Positions 8,011-18,213 are shown, counted from the stretch's first letter. The stretch: 32,000 nucleotides of DNA from Bdellovibrionales bacterium (GCA_963692945.1 OY843585.1:1350001-1382000), one strand, 5' to 3'. Translations and numbers: made by a program. The notes: generated from the letters alone by a model not told the origin.

Positions 8011-10125
8011 CTAACCCGGACGGACAACAGAAGAAAGTTCTTGAAACTTTAATTTTGTAGATAAATGATTAGGATTTCCAAGATTTGGATCTTTAGAAAT
8101 AAGATCAAAAGCCGCTTTTTTAGCAAGAGATAAAATTTCCGAATCCCTAACTAAATGAGCCACCTTAAAACTTGGAAGACCAGATTGACGACGACCTAAA
8201 AACTCACCAGGCCCCCTTAATTCTAAATCTTTTTCTGCAATTTGAAAACCATCAGAAGTATTTGCCATTATATTGGCCCTCTCTTTGGCTTCTTTAGAAA
8301 ATCTCTCTCCTAAAACAATAACACAATAACTTTTTTCTGAACCACGTCCCACTCGCCCCCTAAGTTGATGCATTTGTGAAAGACCAAACCTTTCAGCATG
8401 CTCAATAACCATAACATTAGCATTAGGAACATCCACTCCCACTTCAATCACTGTTGTAGAAACTAAAACATCTATTTCTTTATTTCTAAATTGATTCATA
8501 ACAGAAGATTTTTCTTCGGCACCCATACGACCTGTTAAAATTCCCCACTTTACATCTTTATAATGACTTTTTAACTTTTCATACTGATCCATAGCATTTT
8601 TTAAATCTAACTTTTCACTCTCCTCTACAAGAGGGTAAACCACATAAGCTTGTCTTCCTTTTTGAACTTGATCCCTTAAAAAATTAAAAACCTCCAGTCG
8701 TTTATTATTAAAAGCTCTACGAGTCATAATAGGCTTTCTACCTATAGGAAGTTCATCAATGATAGAAACTTCTAAATCCCCGTAAAGAGCTAAAGAGAGT
8801 GTCCTTGGAATTGGCGTCGCTGTCATAACCAAAAAATGAGGATGATTCCCTTTTGCTTTAAGGAGAGCTCTTTGATGAGATCCAAAACGATGCTGTTCAT
8901 CTATAATCACAAGACCTAGATTATGAAATTGAATATTTTCTTGAATAAGAGCATGAGTCCCTATACACACAGAACAAAATCCAGAATTTAAAACAGCCCC
9001 AACACTTCTTTTCTCGCTGGCTTTCATTTTTCCTGTAAGTTTTTCCACTTTAACACCAAAGGGTTCTAAAAAAAGACGAGCCTTATTATAATGTTGTTCC
9101 GCTAAAATTTCTGTAGGAACCATAAAGGCTGTTTGATAACCCGCTTTTGCACAAGCCATAGCCGACATTAAAGCTATAACCGTCTTTCCACAACCCACAT
9201 CTCCTTGTATCAACCTGTGCATAGGATGATTGAACTGCAAATCTGTTATGATATGTTTTAAAACTTTTTGTTGAGCTGAAGTGAGCTGAAAAGGAAGTTT
9301 GTTTTCCAACTCTTTTAATGACTTAGTATCTATAGGAATTTGAGGGGATTCCCCTTCTTTCCAACCTTGTTTTTTTAAAGCCAAATAAAATTGAAGCTCA
9401 AAAAATTCATCAAAAATAATTCTCTTATGAAAGTCTGTTCTAGAATTAAAGTAATCCTCAACACGTTTTTGATCTGGAAAATGCAACCCTTTTAAAGCTT
9501 GAAATTTATCTATCAATTTGTATTTTTCTCTCAACCAAGATGGCAACCATTCTAAATCTTCTTCAGAGATTTCTAAATCTTGAAAAATAGTTTTCATAAT
9601 AGATCTTATTTTGTTTTGAGAAATGGATTCTATTTCCATATAAAGTGGCAAAAGAAGATCATCCTCTCTATTTTGATCGGATTCCTCTTTTAATGGAAAA
9701 ATTTCAGGATGATTAAAAGATAAATGATTACGATAAACTGAAGCCACTCCTCTAACTTCAACTCTACCGCCAACTAAAAGGGAGTTAAACCATCCTTTAT
9801 AAGGGTTACGAAAAAACTTACAAGAGATTTTCCCTGCTCCATCACCAATAACAATTTCATAAATTTTTTTATTACGAGCTCTTAAAGGTATAATATTTTT
9901 TTTTAAAATATCACCTACGACAATACTAGGACGACCCACCTGAATCTCTGATAAGTCAGACACTCTACGATTGTCTTGATACGCTCGGGGTAAAAAATAA
10001 ATAAAATCTTCCACCGTACTCAAAGAACGAGTTTTTAAGAAAGAGGCCAACTTCGGCCCCACACCTTTAACATATTGAAGAGATGTCTCTAATTTTAAAT
10101 GATTCTTTTTTACATCTGATGACAT
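8011..10125 (-). CDS. recG: ATP-dependent DNA helicase RecG
   Basis: 704 aa. Wedge/OB N-terminus, then helicase motifs GDVGCGKT, DEQHRFG, TATPIPRTL, QLRGRVGRG. Confidence 0.95.
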   Translation of the reverse strand: MSSDVKKNHLKLETSLQYVKGVGPKLASFLKTRSLSTVEDFIYFLPRAYQDNRRVSDLSEIQVGRPSIVVGDILKKNIIPLRARNKKIYEIVIGDGAGKISCKFFRNPYKGWFNSLLVGGRVEVRGVASVYRNHLSFNHPEIFPLKEESDQNREDDLLLPLYMEIESISQNKIRSIMKTIFQDLEISEEDLEWLPSWLREKYKLIDKFQALKGLHFPDQKRVEDYFNSRTDFHKRIIFDEFFELQFYLALKKQGWKEGESPQIPIDTKSLKELENKLPFQLTSAQQKVLKHIITDLQFNHPMHRLIQGDVGCGKTVIALMSAMACAKAGYQTAFMVPTEILAEQHYNKARLFLEPFGVKVEKLTGKMKASEKRSVGAVLNSGFCSVCIGTHALIQENIQFHNLGLVIIDEQHRFGSHQRALLKAKGNHPHFLVMTATPIPRTLSLALYGDLEVSIIDELPIGRKPIMTRRAFNNKRLEVFNFLRDQVQKGRQAYVVYPLVEESEKLDLKNAMDQYEKLKSHYKDVKWGILTGRMGAEEKSSVMNQFRNKEIDVLVSTTVIEVGVDVPNANVMVIEHAERFGLSQMHQLRGRVGRGSEKSYCVIVLGERFSKEAKERANIMANTSDGFQIAEKDLELRGPGEFLGRRQSGLPSFKVAHLVRDSEILSLAKKAAFDLISKDPNLGNPNHLSTKLKFQELSSVVRPG

Positions 10126-10129
10126 TTTA

Positions 10130-11665
10130 CTATTTTGTTTTTAGTACAGGGAATAACATAGAATCTCTGATATTAGATTTGTCTGTTAAAATCATTACAA
10201 GTCTTTCTACACCAAGGCCAACTCCTCCTGTTGGTGGCATACCTACTTCTAAAGCATGAATAAAATTTTTATCCATAGGATGAGTGATTTCATCCTTTGT
10301 TGGATTTCTTTTTTGATTCTCCAATCTTTCTTTTTGATCCACAGGATCATTTAACTCTGTATAAGCATTTCCAAGTTCCATGCCCGCTATAACAGGTTCA
10401 AATCTTTCCACAAGTCTTTCATACTTTTTATCTTCTTGAGCTTGACGATGTTTTTTTGTTAAAGGAGAAACTTTTAAAGGAAAATCTTTAATAAAAGTAG
10501 GATTCCATAGATGCTTTTCGGCTGTAACTTCATAAGCAAACATTATCAATTCATCTTTAAATTCTTCAGAACTTGTGTTTTTATCATTTATAAATTTTTT
10601 AAAATCTTCTGTAGGTTCTAAAGTTTTTAATTTTGCAAGTAACTCTTCACAAGACATTTTATCAACATCAAACAGACCATACTCTTTGATAGATTCTTTA
10701 ACACTGATACGCTTCCAAGGTTTTGTAAAGTCTAACTCCTTACCTTGATATTCAAACTTCAAAGACCCTTTTATTTTTTCTGTCACAAAACAAACCAAAT
10801 CTTCAAATTGATTCATTTGATATTCATAATCTGTATAAGCTTCATAATATTCCATCATAGTAAATTCAGGGTTATGAGTTCTATCAATTCCTTCGTTACG
10901 AAAGTTTTTCCCAATCTCATAGACTTTTTCAAATCCTCCAACAATCAATTTTTTAAGATACATCTCTGGAGAAATTTTCAGATACATATCATTATTGAGT
11001 CTTCTAAAATGAGTTTGAAAAGGCACGGCGGCTGCCCCTCCATAAATAGGTTGTAACACAGGGGTTTCCACTTCCATAAAATCTTTTGCATTCATGTATT
11101 TTCTAATCTCAGAAATAATTTGTGAGCGTAACTTAAAAGTCTTTCTAGATTCAGCATCCATAATAAGATCTAAATGACGATAACGATACTTGAGTTCTTT
11201 ATCTTCAAGTCCATGATATTTTTCAGGAAGTGTTTCTAAAGATTTACAAAGTATTTTAAAATCCTGAACACGAAGAGATAACTCCCCTTTTTTTGTGCGA
11301 AAAATTTTCCCATGAACTCCAACAATATCGCCAATGTCAGAAAGCTTCCAAACATTCCAAGAGTTATTTTTATCTTTAATCTCTAGAAAATCTTCTTTTT
11401 TGATATAGCATTGAAATTGTCCGTCCTCATCTTGAATATTAAAGAAAGCAGCCTTTCCCATATCTCGCTTTCTCATAATTCGTCCTGCAAGAGAACAGGT
11501 GTTAGAAGAAATCTCTCCCTCTTTAATATCTTTATGTTTTTCAGAAAGCTCTAAAGAGTTATTTTGTTTTTTATAGGTGTAAGGGTAAGGATTGATACCT
11601 TCTTCTAAAATCTTCTCCCTTTTTTTTCTCTTCTCTTTTTTTAAAAGATTATCTTCATTTGTCAT
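10130..11665 (-). CDS. lysS: Lysine--tRNA ligase (class II)
   Basis: 511 aa. OB anticodon-binding N-terminus. Class II motifs FRNEGIDRTHNPEFTMME and GGVGLGVERLVM. Confidence 0.95.
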   Translation of the reverse strand: MTNEDNLLKKEKRKKREKILEEGINPYPYTYKKQNNSLELSEKHKDIKEGEISSNTCSLAGRIMRKRDMGKAAFFNIQDEDGQFQCYIKKEDFLEIKDKNNSWNVWKLSDIGDIVGVHGKIFRTKKGELSLRVQDFKILCKSLETLPEKYHGLEDKELKYRYRHLDLIMDAESRKTFKLRSQIISEIRKYMNAKDFMEVETPVLQPIYGGAAAVPFQTHFRRLNNDMYLKISPEMYLKKLIVGGFEKVYEIGKNFRNEGIDRTHNPEFTMMEYYEAYTDYEYQMNQFEDLVCFVTEKIKGSLKFEYQGKELDFTKPWKRISVKESIKEYGLFDVDKMSCEELLAKLKTLEPTEDFKKFINDKNTSSEEFKDELIMFAYEVTAEKHLWNPTFIKDFPLKVSPLTKKHRQAQEDKKYERLVERFEPVIAGMELGNAYTELNDPVDQKERLENQKRNPTKDEITHPMDKNFIHALEVGMPPTGGVGLGVERLVMILTDKSNIRDSMLFPVLKTK

Positions 11666-11727
11666 TTGCTATCACCTTACTTTTTTTATATTTCTTAACG
11701 GGTCACTTGCATTTCATTGACCTTTAA

Positions 11728-12639
11728 TTAGGGTTTATAGATATCTATAATTTTTGATAAAAGTTCAAGAGCCTCTTTTTTAGGTCGTTGAAAAACATTT
11801 CTTCCAACAATGCTTCCAAAAGAACCACCCTTTGCCAGATCTTTAATTTCTTCCAAAACAGCTCTTGTTTCTTTAGAAGGTCCTCCACTAAAAATGACAA
11901 TTCGCCTTCCATTAAAAGCAGATTGAATCACATGTTCCACTCTTTCAGAAAGAGTTTTTGTAGCCACTTTATTTTCAATGTAAATTTTTTCTTGTTTTTC
12001 AAAAAAATCTTGAGGAGGTTTAACTTTCACAATATGAGCTCCTAATTGACAAGCAATTTGAGCCGCATAGGCCACAACATCTACAGCCGTTTCACCCTGT
12101 TTAGAAAGAGAACCACCTCTTGGATAAGACCAAATCACCAAAGGAAGTCCAACTTGACGAGCCTCCCTACCTATTCTTGTTACATCTTCATACATAGATT
12201 CTCTTGCACCACTTCCAGGATAAATGGTTACACCTATTGCCGAACAACCTAATCTTAAAGCCTCTTCTACACCTGAAGTTATAGCTGGAAGAGGATTTTC
12301 AACATCTTTATAAAGGCTATCTGAATTATTGGCTTTCAAAATCAAAGGAATTTCTCCAGCAAATTCTCTAGCCACAGAATCTAAAAAACCAAAAGGAGCT
12401 GCATAAGCATTGCAACCTCCTTCACAAGCCAATTGAAAATGATAAGCAGGATCATACGCTGGCACATTGGAAGCAAAACTAGCAGCAGGCCCGTGCTCAA
12501 AACCTTGATCCACAGGAAAAATCAACATTTTCCCTGTCCCTCCTAAAACCCCATGATTGAGCATTCGTGCTAGGTTTGTAAGAGTCCCTAGGTTATCACC
12601 ACCATAATGGCTTAAGATTTTTTTTACTGCTTCTGTCAT
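11728..12639 (-). CDS. Class I (DhnA/FbaB-type, DeoC/LacD family) fructose-bisphosphate aldolase
   Basis: 303 aa. Family pattern PVDQGFEHGP, LILKANN, HIVKVKPP (Schiff-base Lys region), GRNVFQ. Confidence 0.75.
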   Translation of the reverse strand: MTEAVKKILSHYGGDNLGTLTNLARMLNHGVLGGTGKMLIFPVDQGFEHGPAASFASNVPAYDPAYHFQLACEGGCNAYAAPFGFLDSVAREFAGEIPLILKANNSDSLYKDVENPLPAITSGVEEALRLGCSAIGVTIYPGSGARESMYEDVTRIGREARQVGLPLVIWSYPRGGSLSKQGETAVDVVAYAAQIACQLGAHIVKVKPPQDFFEKQEKIYIENKVATKTLSERVEHVIQSAFNGRRIVIFSGGPSKETRAVLEEIKDLAKGGSFGSIVGRNVFQRPKKEALELLSKIIDIYKP

Positions 12640-12753
12640 AAAAACCTCTTTTTTCTTTAACTGTTTCCTATCTCAAAACAAACTACAATATATAACTAGA
12701 AAGCTTAAGTCTCAAGTGACAATCAGCATCTCTTGATATAAAATTAAAAAACT

Positions 12754-13326
12754 ATGAAATACCAAGTCACTTATGAATCAACGCCTAATCCTCAATCCTT
12801 GAAATTTATCCTCAACACTCCTATTTGCAATGAAACTTTAGAAATCACCGATAGAAATAAGGCCTCCCGATCTCCTTTAGCTGCAAAAATTCTTGGATTT
12901 CCTTGGGCAAAATCTGTTTTTTTAGGAGAAAATTTTATCACTATCACAAAAGAGGAATGGCTGGAATGGGATATGATCTCAGACCCCCTTGCTCAAATGA
13001 TAAAAGAGCATTTAGAAAAAGGAGGGGAAGTCCTTCTTGCAAAGCCAGAAAAAAAAGAAATGGATCACTCTATGAAAAATTCTACTACTGAAGAAAGTTC
13101 CGAAACAGTTAAAAAAATAAAAGAGATTTTAGAAAAAGAAATTCAACCAGCTGTGGCTATGGACGGAGGTTATATTGAATTTGTCTCTTATGAAAATAAG
13201 AAAGTCTATTTAAGCCTTCAAGGAGCTTGCTCAGGTTGTCCAAGTTCTAGCTACACTCTTAAAGAAGGAATTGAATCTCGTCTCAAACAAGACATTCCAG
13301 AAATAAGCGAAGTTGTTTCTGTATAA
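12754..13326 (+). CDS. Nfu/NifU-like Fe-S cluster assembly/carrier protein (Nfu_N + NifU C-terminal domain)
   Basis: 190 aa. N-terminal TPNPQSLKF motif. C-terminal GGYIEFVSY...LQGACSGCPSS CxxC motif. Confidence 0.85.
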   Translation: MKYQVTYESTPNPQSLKFILNTPICNETLEITDRNKASRSPLAAKILGFPWAKSVFLGENFITITKEEWLEWDMISDPLAQMIKEHLEKGGEVLLAKPEKKEMDHSMKNSTTEESSETVKKIKEILEKEIQPAVAMDGGYIEFVSYENKKVYLSLQGACSGCPSSSYTLKEGIESRLKQDIPEISEVVSV

Positions 13327-13468
13327 TCAAACAGTTCCTGAAATCTGTTTTGTTCTTAATTTCATAAGAATTGAATCTCGTCTCAAACAAGATATTCCAG
13401 AAATAAGCGAAGTTGTTTCTGTATAATCAAACCGTTCCTGAAATCTGTTTTGTTCTTAATTTCATAAG
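13269..13468 (+). repeat. Exact-length 100-bp tandem duplication (2 units, 2 mismatches) covering the nfu-like 3' end and its downstream hairpin
   Basis: Unit 1 is 13269-13368 and unit 2 is 13369-13468 (aattgaatctcgtctcaaacaaga[c/t]attccag...ttcataag). Differences are only c/t and a/c. Confidence 0.95.
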
Positions 13469-13633
13469 AGATTTATCTCTACAAAATACTCTTCCTCTTT
13501 TTAGAAATTTAGATAAATTAAGACCTAAAATTGAAAAATTTCACAACAATATTCAAAATGAGATAAAGTTTATACATCAATCAACCGATTATATTTAAAG
13601 AAAGGTATTTAAATAAGACCTTAGGAAATATTT

Positions 13634-14083
13634 ATGAAAAATTTTTTATTTATTGTGTCTTTGATAAGCCTTACAGCTTGTTCTGGTATTAGCAACTGGG
13701 TTAATAACTGGACAGAATATACAACAGCTAGCATTGCTTCCACAATTTCTAAAAACAATTTTACAAAAAAACAACAAGAAGATCTCTATTATCTTTTTGA
13801 AGATCTCCTTTATGCAAAAAATTGCACTGAACTTCAAAACTATATAGACAACAATCTAACTCTTTATGATTTAGAATTGGAGTATAACTTAAAGGAAGGT
13901 TTCATCTATGATGAGGCATTAGATTTTAAACTGAGTCATCTATTGACTAACTTAGCCAATCAAGATCCATCAAAAACAGCGATGTTTGCCGTTGTTACTT
14001 CTTGGAAACAAAGCTATGTTAGACAAGATATTGACTACGCTATCAAACAAATCAAAAAATGTTATCCTAACAGTCATTTTTAA
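13634..14083 (+). CDS. Hypothetical lipoprotein
   Basis: 149 aa. Signal peptide with lipobox LTAC (MKNFLFIVSLISLTACSG). Confidence 0.6.
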   Translation: MKNFLFIVSLISLTACSGISNWVNNWTEYTTASIASTISKNNFTKKQQEDLYYLFEDLLYAKNCTELQNYIDNNLTLYDLELEYNLKEGFIYDEALDFKLSHLLTNLANQDPSKTAMFAVVTSWKQSYVRQDIDYAIKQIKKCYPNSHF

Positions 14084-14179
14084 AAAACTCTAGTTCTTCC
14101 CTTTTCATTTTAACGAGATTTGAAGAGTGTCCCCATATGCGAAAAACAGTAGTTTTTCTCTAGTTCACTATAAGTAAGA

Positions 14180-14242
14180 ACCCTTTTCTTTTTAGGTGTT
14201 TGAGGAGCTCCTACGACGAAAATCTCCTAAAAAGAAAAGGGT
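14180..14242. terminator. Large perfect hairpin (17-bp stem) between convergent genes, probable bidirectional terminator
   Basis: acccttttctttttagg (14180-14196) is the exact reverse complement of cctaaaaagaaaagggt (14226-14242). The 29-nt loop contains the palindrome ggagctcc. Confidence 0.6.
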
Positions 14243-14265
14243 ATTAAAGTTGAACGAGAGTTTTG

Positions 14266-14790
14266 TTAAAGACCGTCTTTGATTCTCATCTTATCATCTA
14301 CAAGACTGACCACACCAGATTCGCCAAGCTCTTTTCGGTAAGCCAGCTTCCTTATATCATATACAAAATTATCACCAATCAAACCAGGAGTTTGCCATTG
14401 AGGTCCCATTCTAATAGCATCCACAGGACAAGCCTCTTCACAAAAACCACAAAAAATACAACGCAACATATCTATCTCATAAGATATAGGATACTTCTCA
14501 ACCTTTGGGTCTTCGTTTTCAGAAGCTACAATTTTTATACAATGGGCTGGACAGTTTGTTGCACACAACATACAAGCTGTGCATCTTAAAGAACCATCTT
14601 TTTTAACAGTTAAAATATGATTCCCTTTGAAACGAGATCCATATTTGTAATACTCCTCAGGATAATTTAAAGTCATTCTTCTTTTAGGAAACAACAGATT
14701 CATAAAGAACTTTTTTAAAGTGAGCTTCATCCCTCCTATTATGGAAGGAAGATATCGCATCTTTTGAACATCAAGTCGTTTTACTAACAT
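14266..14790 (-). CDS. nuoI: NADH-quinone oxidoreductase subunit I
   Basis: 174 aa. Two 4Fe-4S motifs: CTACMLCATNCP and CIFCGFCEEACP. Confidence 0.92.
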   Translation of the reverse strand: MLVKRLDVQKMRYLPSIIGGMKLTLKKFFMNLLFPKRRMTLNYPEEYYKYGSRFKGNHILTVKKDGSLRCTACMLCATNCPAHCIKIVASENEDPKVEKYPISYEIDMLRCIFCGFCEEACPVDAIRMGPQWQTPGLIGDNFVYDIRKLAYRKELGESGVVSLVDDKMRIKDGL

Positions 14791-14805
14791 GAAACTCCTT
14801 ACAAC

Positions 14806-16320
14806 CTACCACAGTTTCTCAGTTTTACCTAAGAATTGATTGTTTTTAAAATACGGGTGAGTCCTTTTTAAATCCAACTTCTCCCCTTTTAAGAGTTTTA
14901 AAAACTCTTCTACACAAAGAGCTTGAGGAACCAAAGTTTGAACCTTTTGAACTTTCTGTTTTATACCTTTAAAATTGGTATATTCCCCTGTTTTTTCAAA
15001 AAAAGACTTCATAGGTATTTGCCAAAAATGCTCTTTAGGACTTAAGAATTTATTAAAACCCACAGACATCCAAACCACTTTTTGACATTTAGAAAAAACC
15101 AAAGTCTTTTCTTCTAAATCCGTATAGAAATTATGATTTTCAGGAGCCAACACAAAAACCCATTGAAACTGAGAAGAGTTTTTTTCAAAATCTTTCCAAG
15201 TTTTTATTTTAGGAAAAACCTTCTTCAAACCTGAGGTGTTAGGATTTTTATCTCCTCTTAAAAGCAACCCATCAAAATCCTTTTTTTGCTTCTCATCATT
15301 CAACCAATGATAATAAGAACCTTTAGGGAAATGTTTTAATAAAGACTCATACTCTTCGTTTGTGTATTGCCCTGTTAAAACAAAAGCCACCTGGTCTTTT
15401 TGAGATAAAAGATTTTTAAGATTTTCAAGAGCTTGAATAGAAGAAATCGCTTCCCATTTTGAATCTCTCACTTCAAAAGATTCATTCATTCGGTTTTTTC
15501 TATTGGAATTTCTATAAAGACCTCTCCCCTTATCACACATCCAATAACCATTGATCTTTTCATTGTAACGAGGACGAACTCTCCAAAGACCTTCTTCATT
15601 GTAATCTACAAAAATATTACAACCCGTAGAGCAACCTGTGCAAATAGAAGAAGAGGTTTTCATATACCAAACTCTTTGTTTGAAACGAAAATCTTTTGAA
15701 GTCAAAGCTCCCACAGGACAAATATCTACCGTGTTTAATGCATAATCGTTTTCAAGAGGCTTATCTTTAAACACTCCAATTTCACTACGATCTCCACGAT
15801 TAAAAATCCCTAATTCATGAGTTTTTGTCACTTCATCCGTGAAACGAACACAACGAGAACACAAAATACATCTCTCCGTATCTAAAACAATTTTAGAACC
15901 TAAATCTACAACTTTCCGTTTTTTCACTTTGGATTCAGCCATTGTAGGAGTGTAAGTTCCAAATTTCATATATTGATCTTGAAGTTCACACTCTCCTGCT
16001 TGATCGCAAATGGGACAATCTAAAGGGTGATTGATGAGATGAAATTCCAACCCCCAACGAACCGCTTTTTTGACTTTTTGAGATTGGTTACTAATAACCA
16101 TTCCTTCTTGCACTTTTGTATTACAAGCAATTTGAAGTTTATCTTGTCCTTCAATATCAACCATACAAAGACGACAAACTCCTGCAACACTTAAACCAGG
16201 ATGCCAGCAGTAATGAGCAATCTCTTGATTTAATTTTTTAATAGCCTCAATAACCGTTGTGCCTTCTTGAACTTCAACAGCCACACCATTGATTTGACAT
16301 TTAATTTTTTTATTAGACAT
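14806..16320 (-). CDS. nuoG: NADH-quinone oxidoreductase subunit G (short form)
   Basis: 504 aa. 2Fe-2S ferredoxin N-terminus (CWHPGLSVAGVCRLCMV), HPLDCPICDQAGECELQ, CILCSRCVRF. Confidence 0.9.
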   Translation of the reverse strand: MSNKKIKCQINGVAVEVQEGTTVIEAIKKLNQEIAHYCWHPGLSVAGVCRLCMVDIEGQDKLQIACNTKVQEGMVISNQSQKVKKAVRWGLEFHLINHPLDCPICDQAGECELQDQYMKFGTYTPTMAESKVKKRKVVDLGSKIVLDTERCILCSRCVRFTDEVTKTHELGIFNRGDRSEIGVFKDKPLENDYALNTVDICPVGALTSKDFRFKQRVWYMKTSSSICTGCSTGCNIFVDYNEEGLWRVRPRYNEKINGYWMCDKGRGLYRNSNRKNRMNESFEVRDSKWEAISSIQALENLKNLLSQKDQVAFVLTGQYTNEEYESLLKHFPKGSYYHWLNDEKQKKDFDGLLLRGDKNPNTSGLKKVFPKIKTWKDFEKNSSQFQWVFVLAPENHNFYTDLEEKTLVFSKCQKVVWMSVGFNKFLSPKEHFWQIPMKSFFEKTGEYTNFKGIKQKVQKVQTLVPQALCVEEFLKLLKGEKLDLKRTHPYFKNNQFLGKTEKLW

Positions 16321-17609
16321 TAAATTCCACCTTTAGAAAAAACATTTTCCTTAACAGGAAGTCCATTGCTATAAAGACACTCTTCAAAATCAGAGCGAAA
16401 CTTTTGAACAAAACTTATAGCAGGCATAGCTGCAGCATCGGATAAAGCACAGATCGTTCGTCCCATCATATTTTCAGAGATTTTTTGAATCAAATGCCAA
16501 TCACTTATGACACCCTCACCTTTACAAACATCTTTAATGATTTTACTAATCCATCCTGTTCCTTCACGACAGGGAGTGCATTGACCACAAGATTCATGAT
16601 GATAAAATTCCAAAATGATAGACAAAATATCCATCATAGAATGAGAATTATCTATCACAATAACAGCACCTGAACCTAAAAAAGTTCCTAACTCATTTAA
16701 ACTTTCATAATCTAAAAGAGCTCTTCCAGACTCTTCTGCATTCAATACAGGAACCGATGAACCACCTGGTATAACAGCCTTTAAAACTCTACCAGGTTTT
16801 AACCCTCCTCCTAAATTGTAAATTAAATCTTTGAGTGAGTAACCCAATGGCAATTCATAGTTACCAGGTTTTAAAACATCTCCACTTAAAGAAAAGATTT
16901 TTGTCCCTGGTGACTTTTCTGTCCCTATAGATTTATAAACCTTTGATCCATCACGAAGGATAGGAACAACAGCAGCTAAAGTTTCTACATTATTCACAAT
17001 GGTTGGCTTCCCTAAATAACCTTGAACAGCAGGAAAAGGTGGTTTCAATTTAGGCTGCCCCTTTTTTCCTTCTAAAGAAGAAATCATTCCTGTCTCTTCT
17101 CCACAAATGTAAGCACCAGCTCCTAAGTAAATGTCCATTTCATGAGAAAAAGAAGTTCCCATAATTTTATTTCCGAGATAACCCGCTTCATAAGATTCTT
17201 TTAAAGCCTCTTGTAATATTTTATAAGCCTTTTGATACTCTCCACGAAGGTAGATATAAGATTTTTTTGATTTTATAGCATAAGCCGAAATCAGCATTCC
17301 CTCTATCAGTTGATGAGGAGCTCTTTCCATCATCATACGGTCTTTAAAAGTTCCAGGCTCTCCTTCATCGGCATTACATAAAAGATAACGAGGTTCTCCA
17401 TTGTTAGGCAAGAAGCCCCACTTAACACCTGTAGGAAATCCAGCACCTCCCCGACCACGAAGCCCTGATTCTTTAACCTCTGAAACAATCTCTTCTGGTT
17501 TTTTAGAAAGAGTTTTCTTTAAAGTCTGATAACCACCTCTAGATTTATAACCCTCTAAAGTTTTATAGTTATCTCTATGATAATGTTCTGTTAAAAGTTT
17601 GTGTTCCAT
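16320..17609 (-). CDS. nuoF: NADH-quinone oxidoreductase subunit F
   Basis: 429 aa. GLRGRGGAGFPTGVKW (FMN/NADH site) and ESCGQCTPCREG (4Fe-4S). Confidence 0.95.
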   Translation of the reverse strand: MEHKLLTEHYHRDNYKTLEGYKSRGGYQTLKKTLSKKPEEIVSEVKESGLRGRGGAGFPTGVKWGFLPNNGEPRYLLCNADEGEPGTFKDRMMMERAPHQLIEGMLISAYAIKSKKSYIYLRGEYQKAYKILQEALKESYEAGYLGNKIMGTSFSHEMDIYLGAGAYICGEETGMISSLEGKKGQPKLKPPFPAVQGYLGKPTIVNNVETLAAVVPILRDGSKVYKSIGTEKSPGTKIFSLSGDVLKPGNYELPLGYSLKDLIYNLGGGLKPGRVLKAVIPGGSSVPVLNAEESGRALLDYESLNELGTFLGSGAVIVIDNSHSMMDILSIILEFYHHESCGQCTPCREGTGWISKIIKDVCKGEGVISDWHLIQKISENMMGRTICALSDAAAMPAISFVQKFRSDFEECLYSNGLPVKENVFSKGGI

Positions 17610-17689
17610 ATTTTTTTAGATTTCAGAATCTATCTCCTTTAAGTTGTTCCATATTTTTTTAAGACTTCAGAATCTATCTCCTTTAAGTT
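17603..17689 (-). repeat. 43/44-bp tandem duplication of the nuoE-stop / SD / nuoF-start junction
   Basis: Unit 1 (17603-17645) and unit 2 (17646-17689) both read gttccatattttttta(a)ga[t/c]ttcagaatctatctcctttaagtt. On the minus strand each unit carries aaggag and atggaac. Confidence 0.9.
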
Positions 17690-18207
17690 TTTGCAGTTAT
17701 TTTAGATTTTAAAACTTCTATGGCTCTATCCCCTTTAAGTTTTCCTAAATACTGGTCGTTCACTTGCATAACAGGAGCCTCATCACAAGCTCCTAAACAT
17801 TCTACTTTGGATACCGTCCAATTGCCATCAGCACTGATTTCATCTTCTTTCACATCAAAAAATTTACAAAGTCTGTCCATCAATTCTCTACTCCCTTTTA
17901 AAGCACAAGAAACATTACAACAAACTTGCACATGAAATTTACCAACAGGTTTTTTATTAAATAGAGTGTAAAACATAAGAACTTCATAGATATGAGTTTC
18001 AGGAATAGAGGTTTGTTCACTCAACCACGGAATAGATTCAGGAGGAATCCAACCCTTTTCTTTTTGTATTTGATACAAACAAGGAATAAGACAAGACAAT
18101 TTCACTTCGTAACGATTCATTTCTTTTTGAATAATAGAAACTCCTTCGGGAGAAAGAGAAAAAACTTTCTGATGAATTTTATTTTGTTTCATTTGCTCTT
18201 TACCCAT
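17683..18207 (-). CDS. nuoE: NADH-quinone oxidoreductase subunit E
   Basis: 174 aa. 2Fe-2S motifs CCNVSC and CLGACDEAP. Confidence 0.92.
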   Translation of the reverse strand: MGKEQMKQNKIHQKVFSLSPEGVSIIQKEMNRYEVKLSCLIPCLYQIQKEKGWIPPESIPWLSEQTSIPETHIYEVLMFYTLFNKKPVGKFHVQVCCNVSCALKGSRELMDRLCKFFDVKEDEISADGNWTVSKVECLGACDEAPVMQVNDQYLGKLKGDRAIEVLKSKITAKT

Positions 18208-18213
18208 AAAAAT

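Noticed and set aside
13413-13598. 61-aa ORF starting inside the second unit of the 100-bp duplication
   Set aside because: It begins in duplicated non-coding/3'-end sequence and has no SD or recognisable motifs. It is probably a by-product of the duplication.
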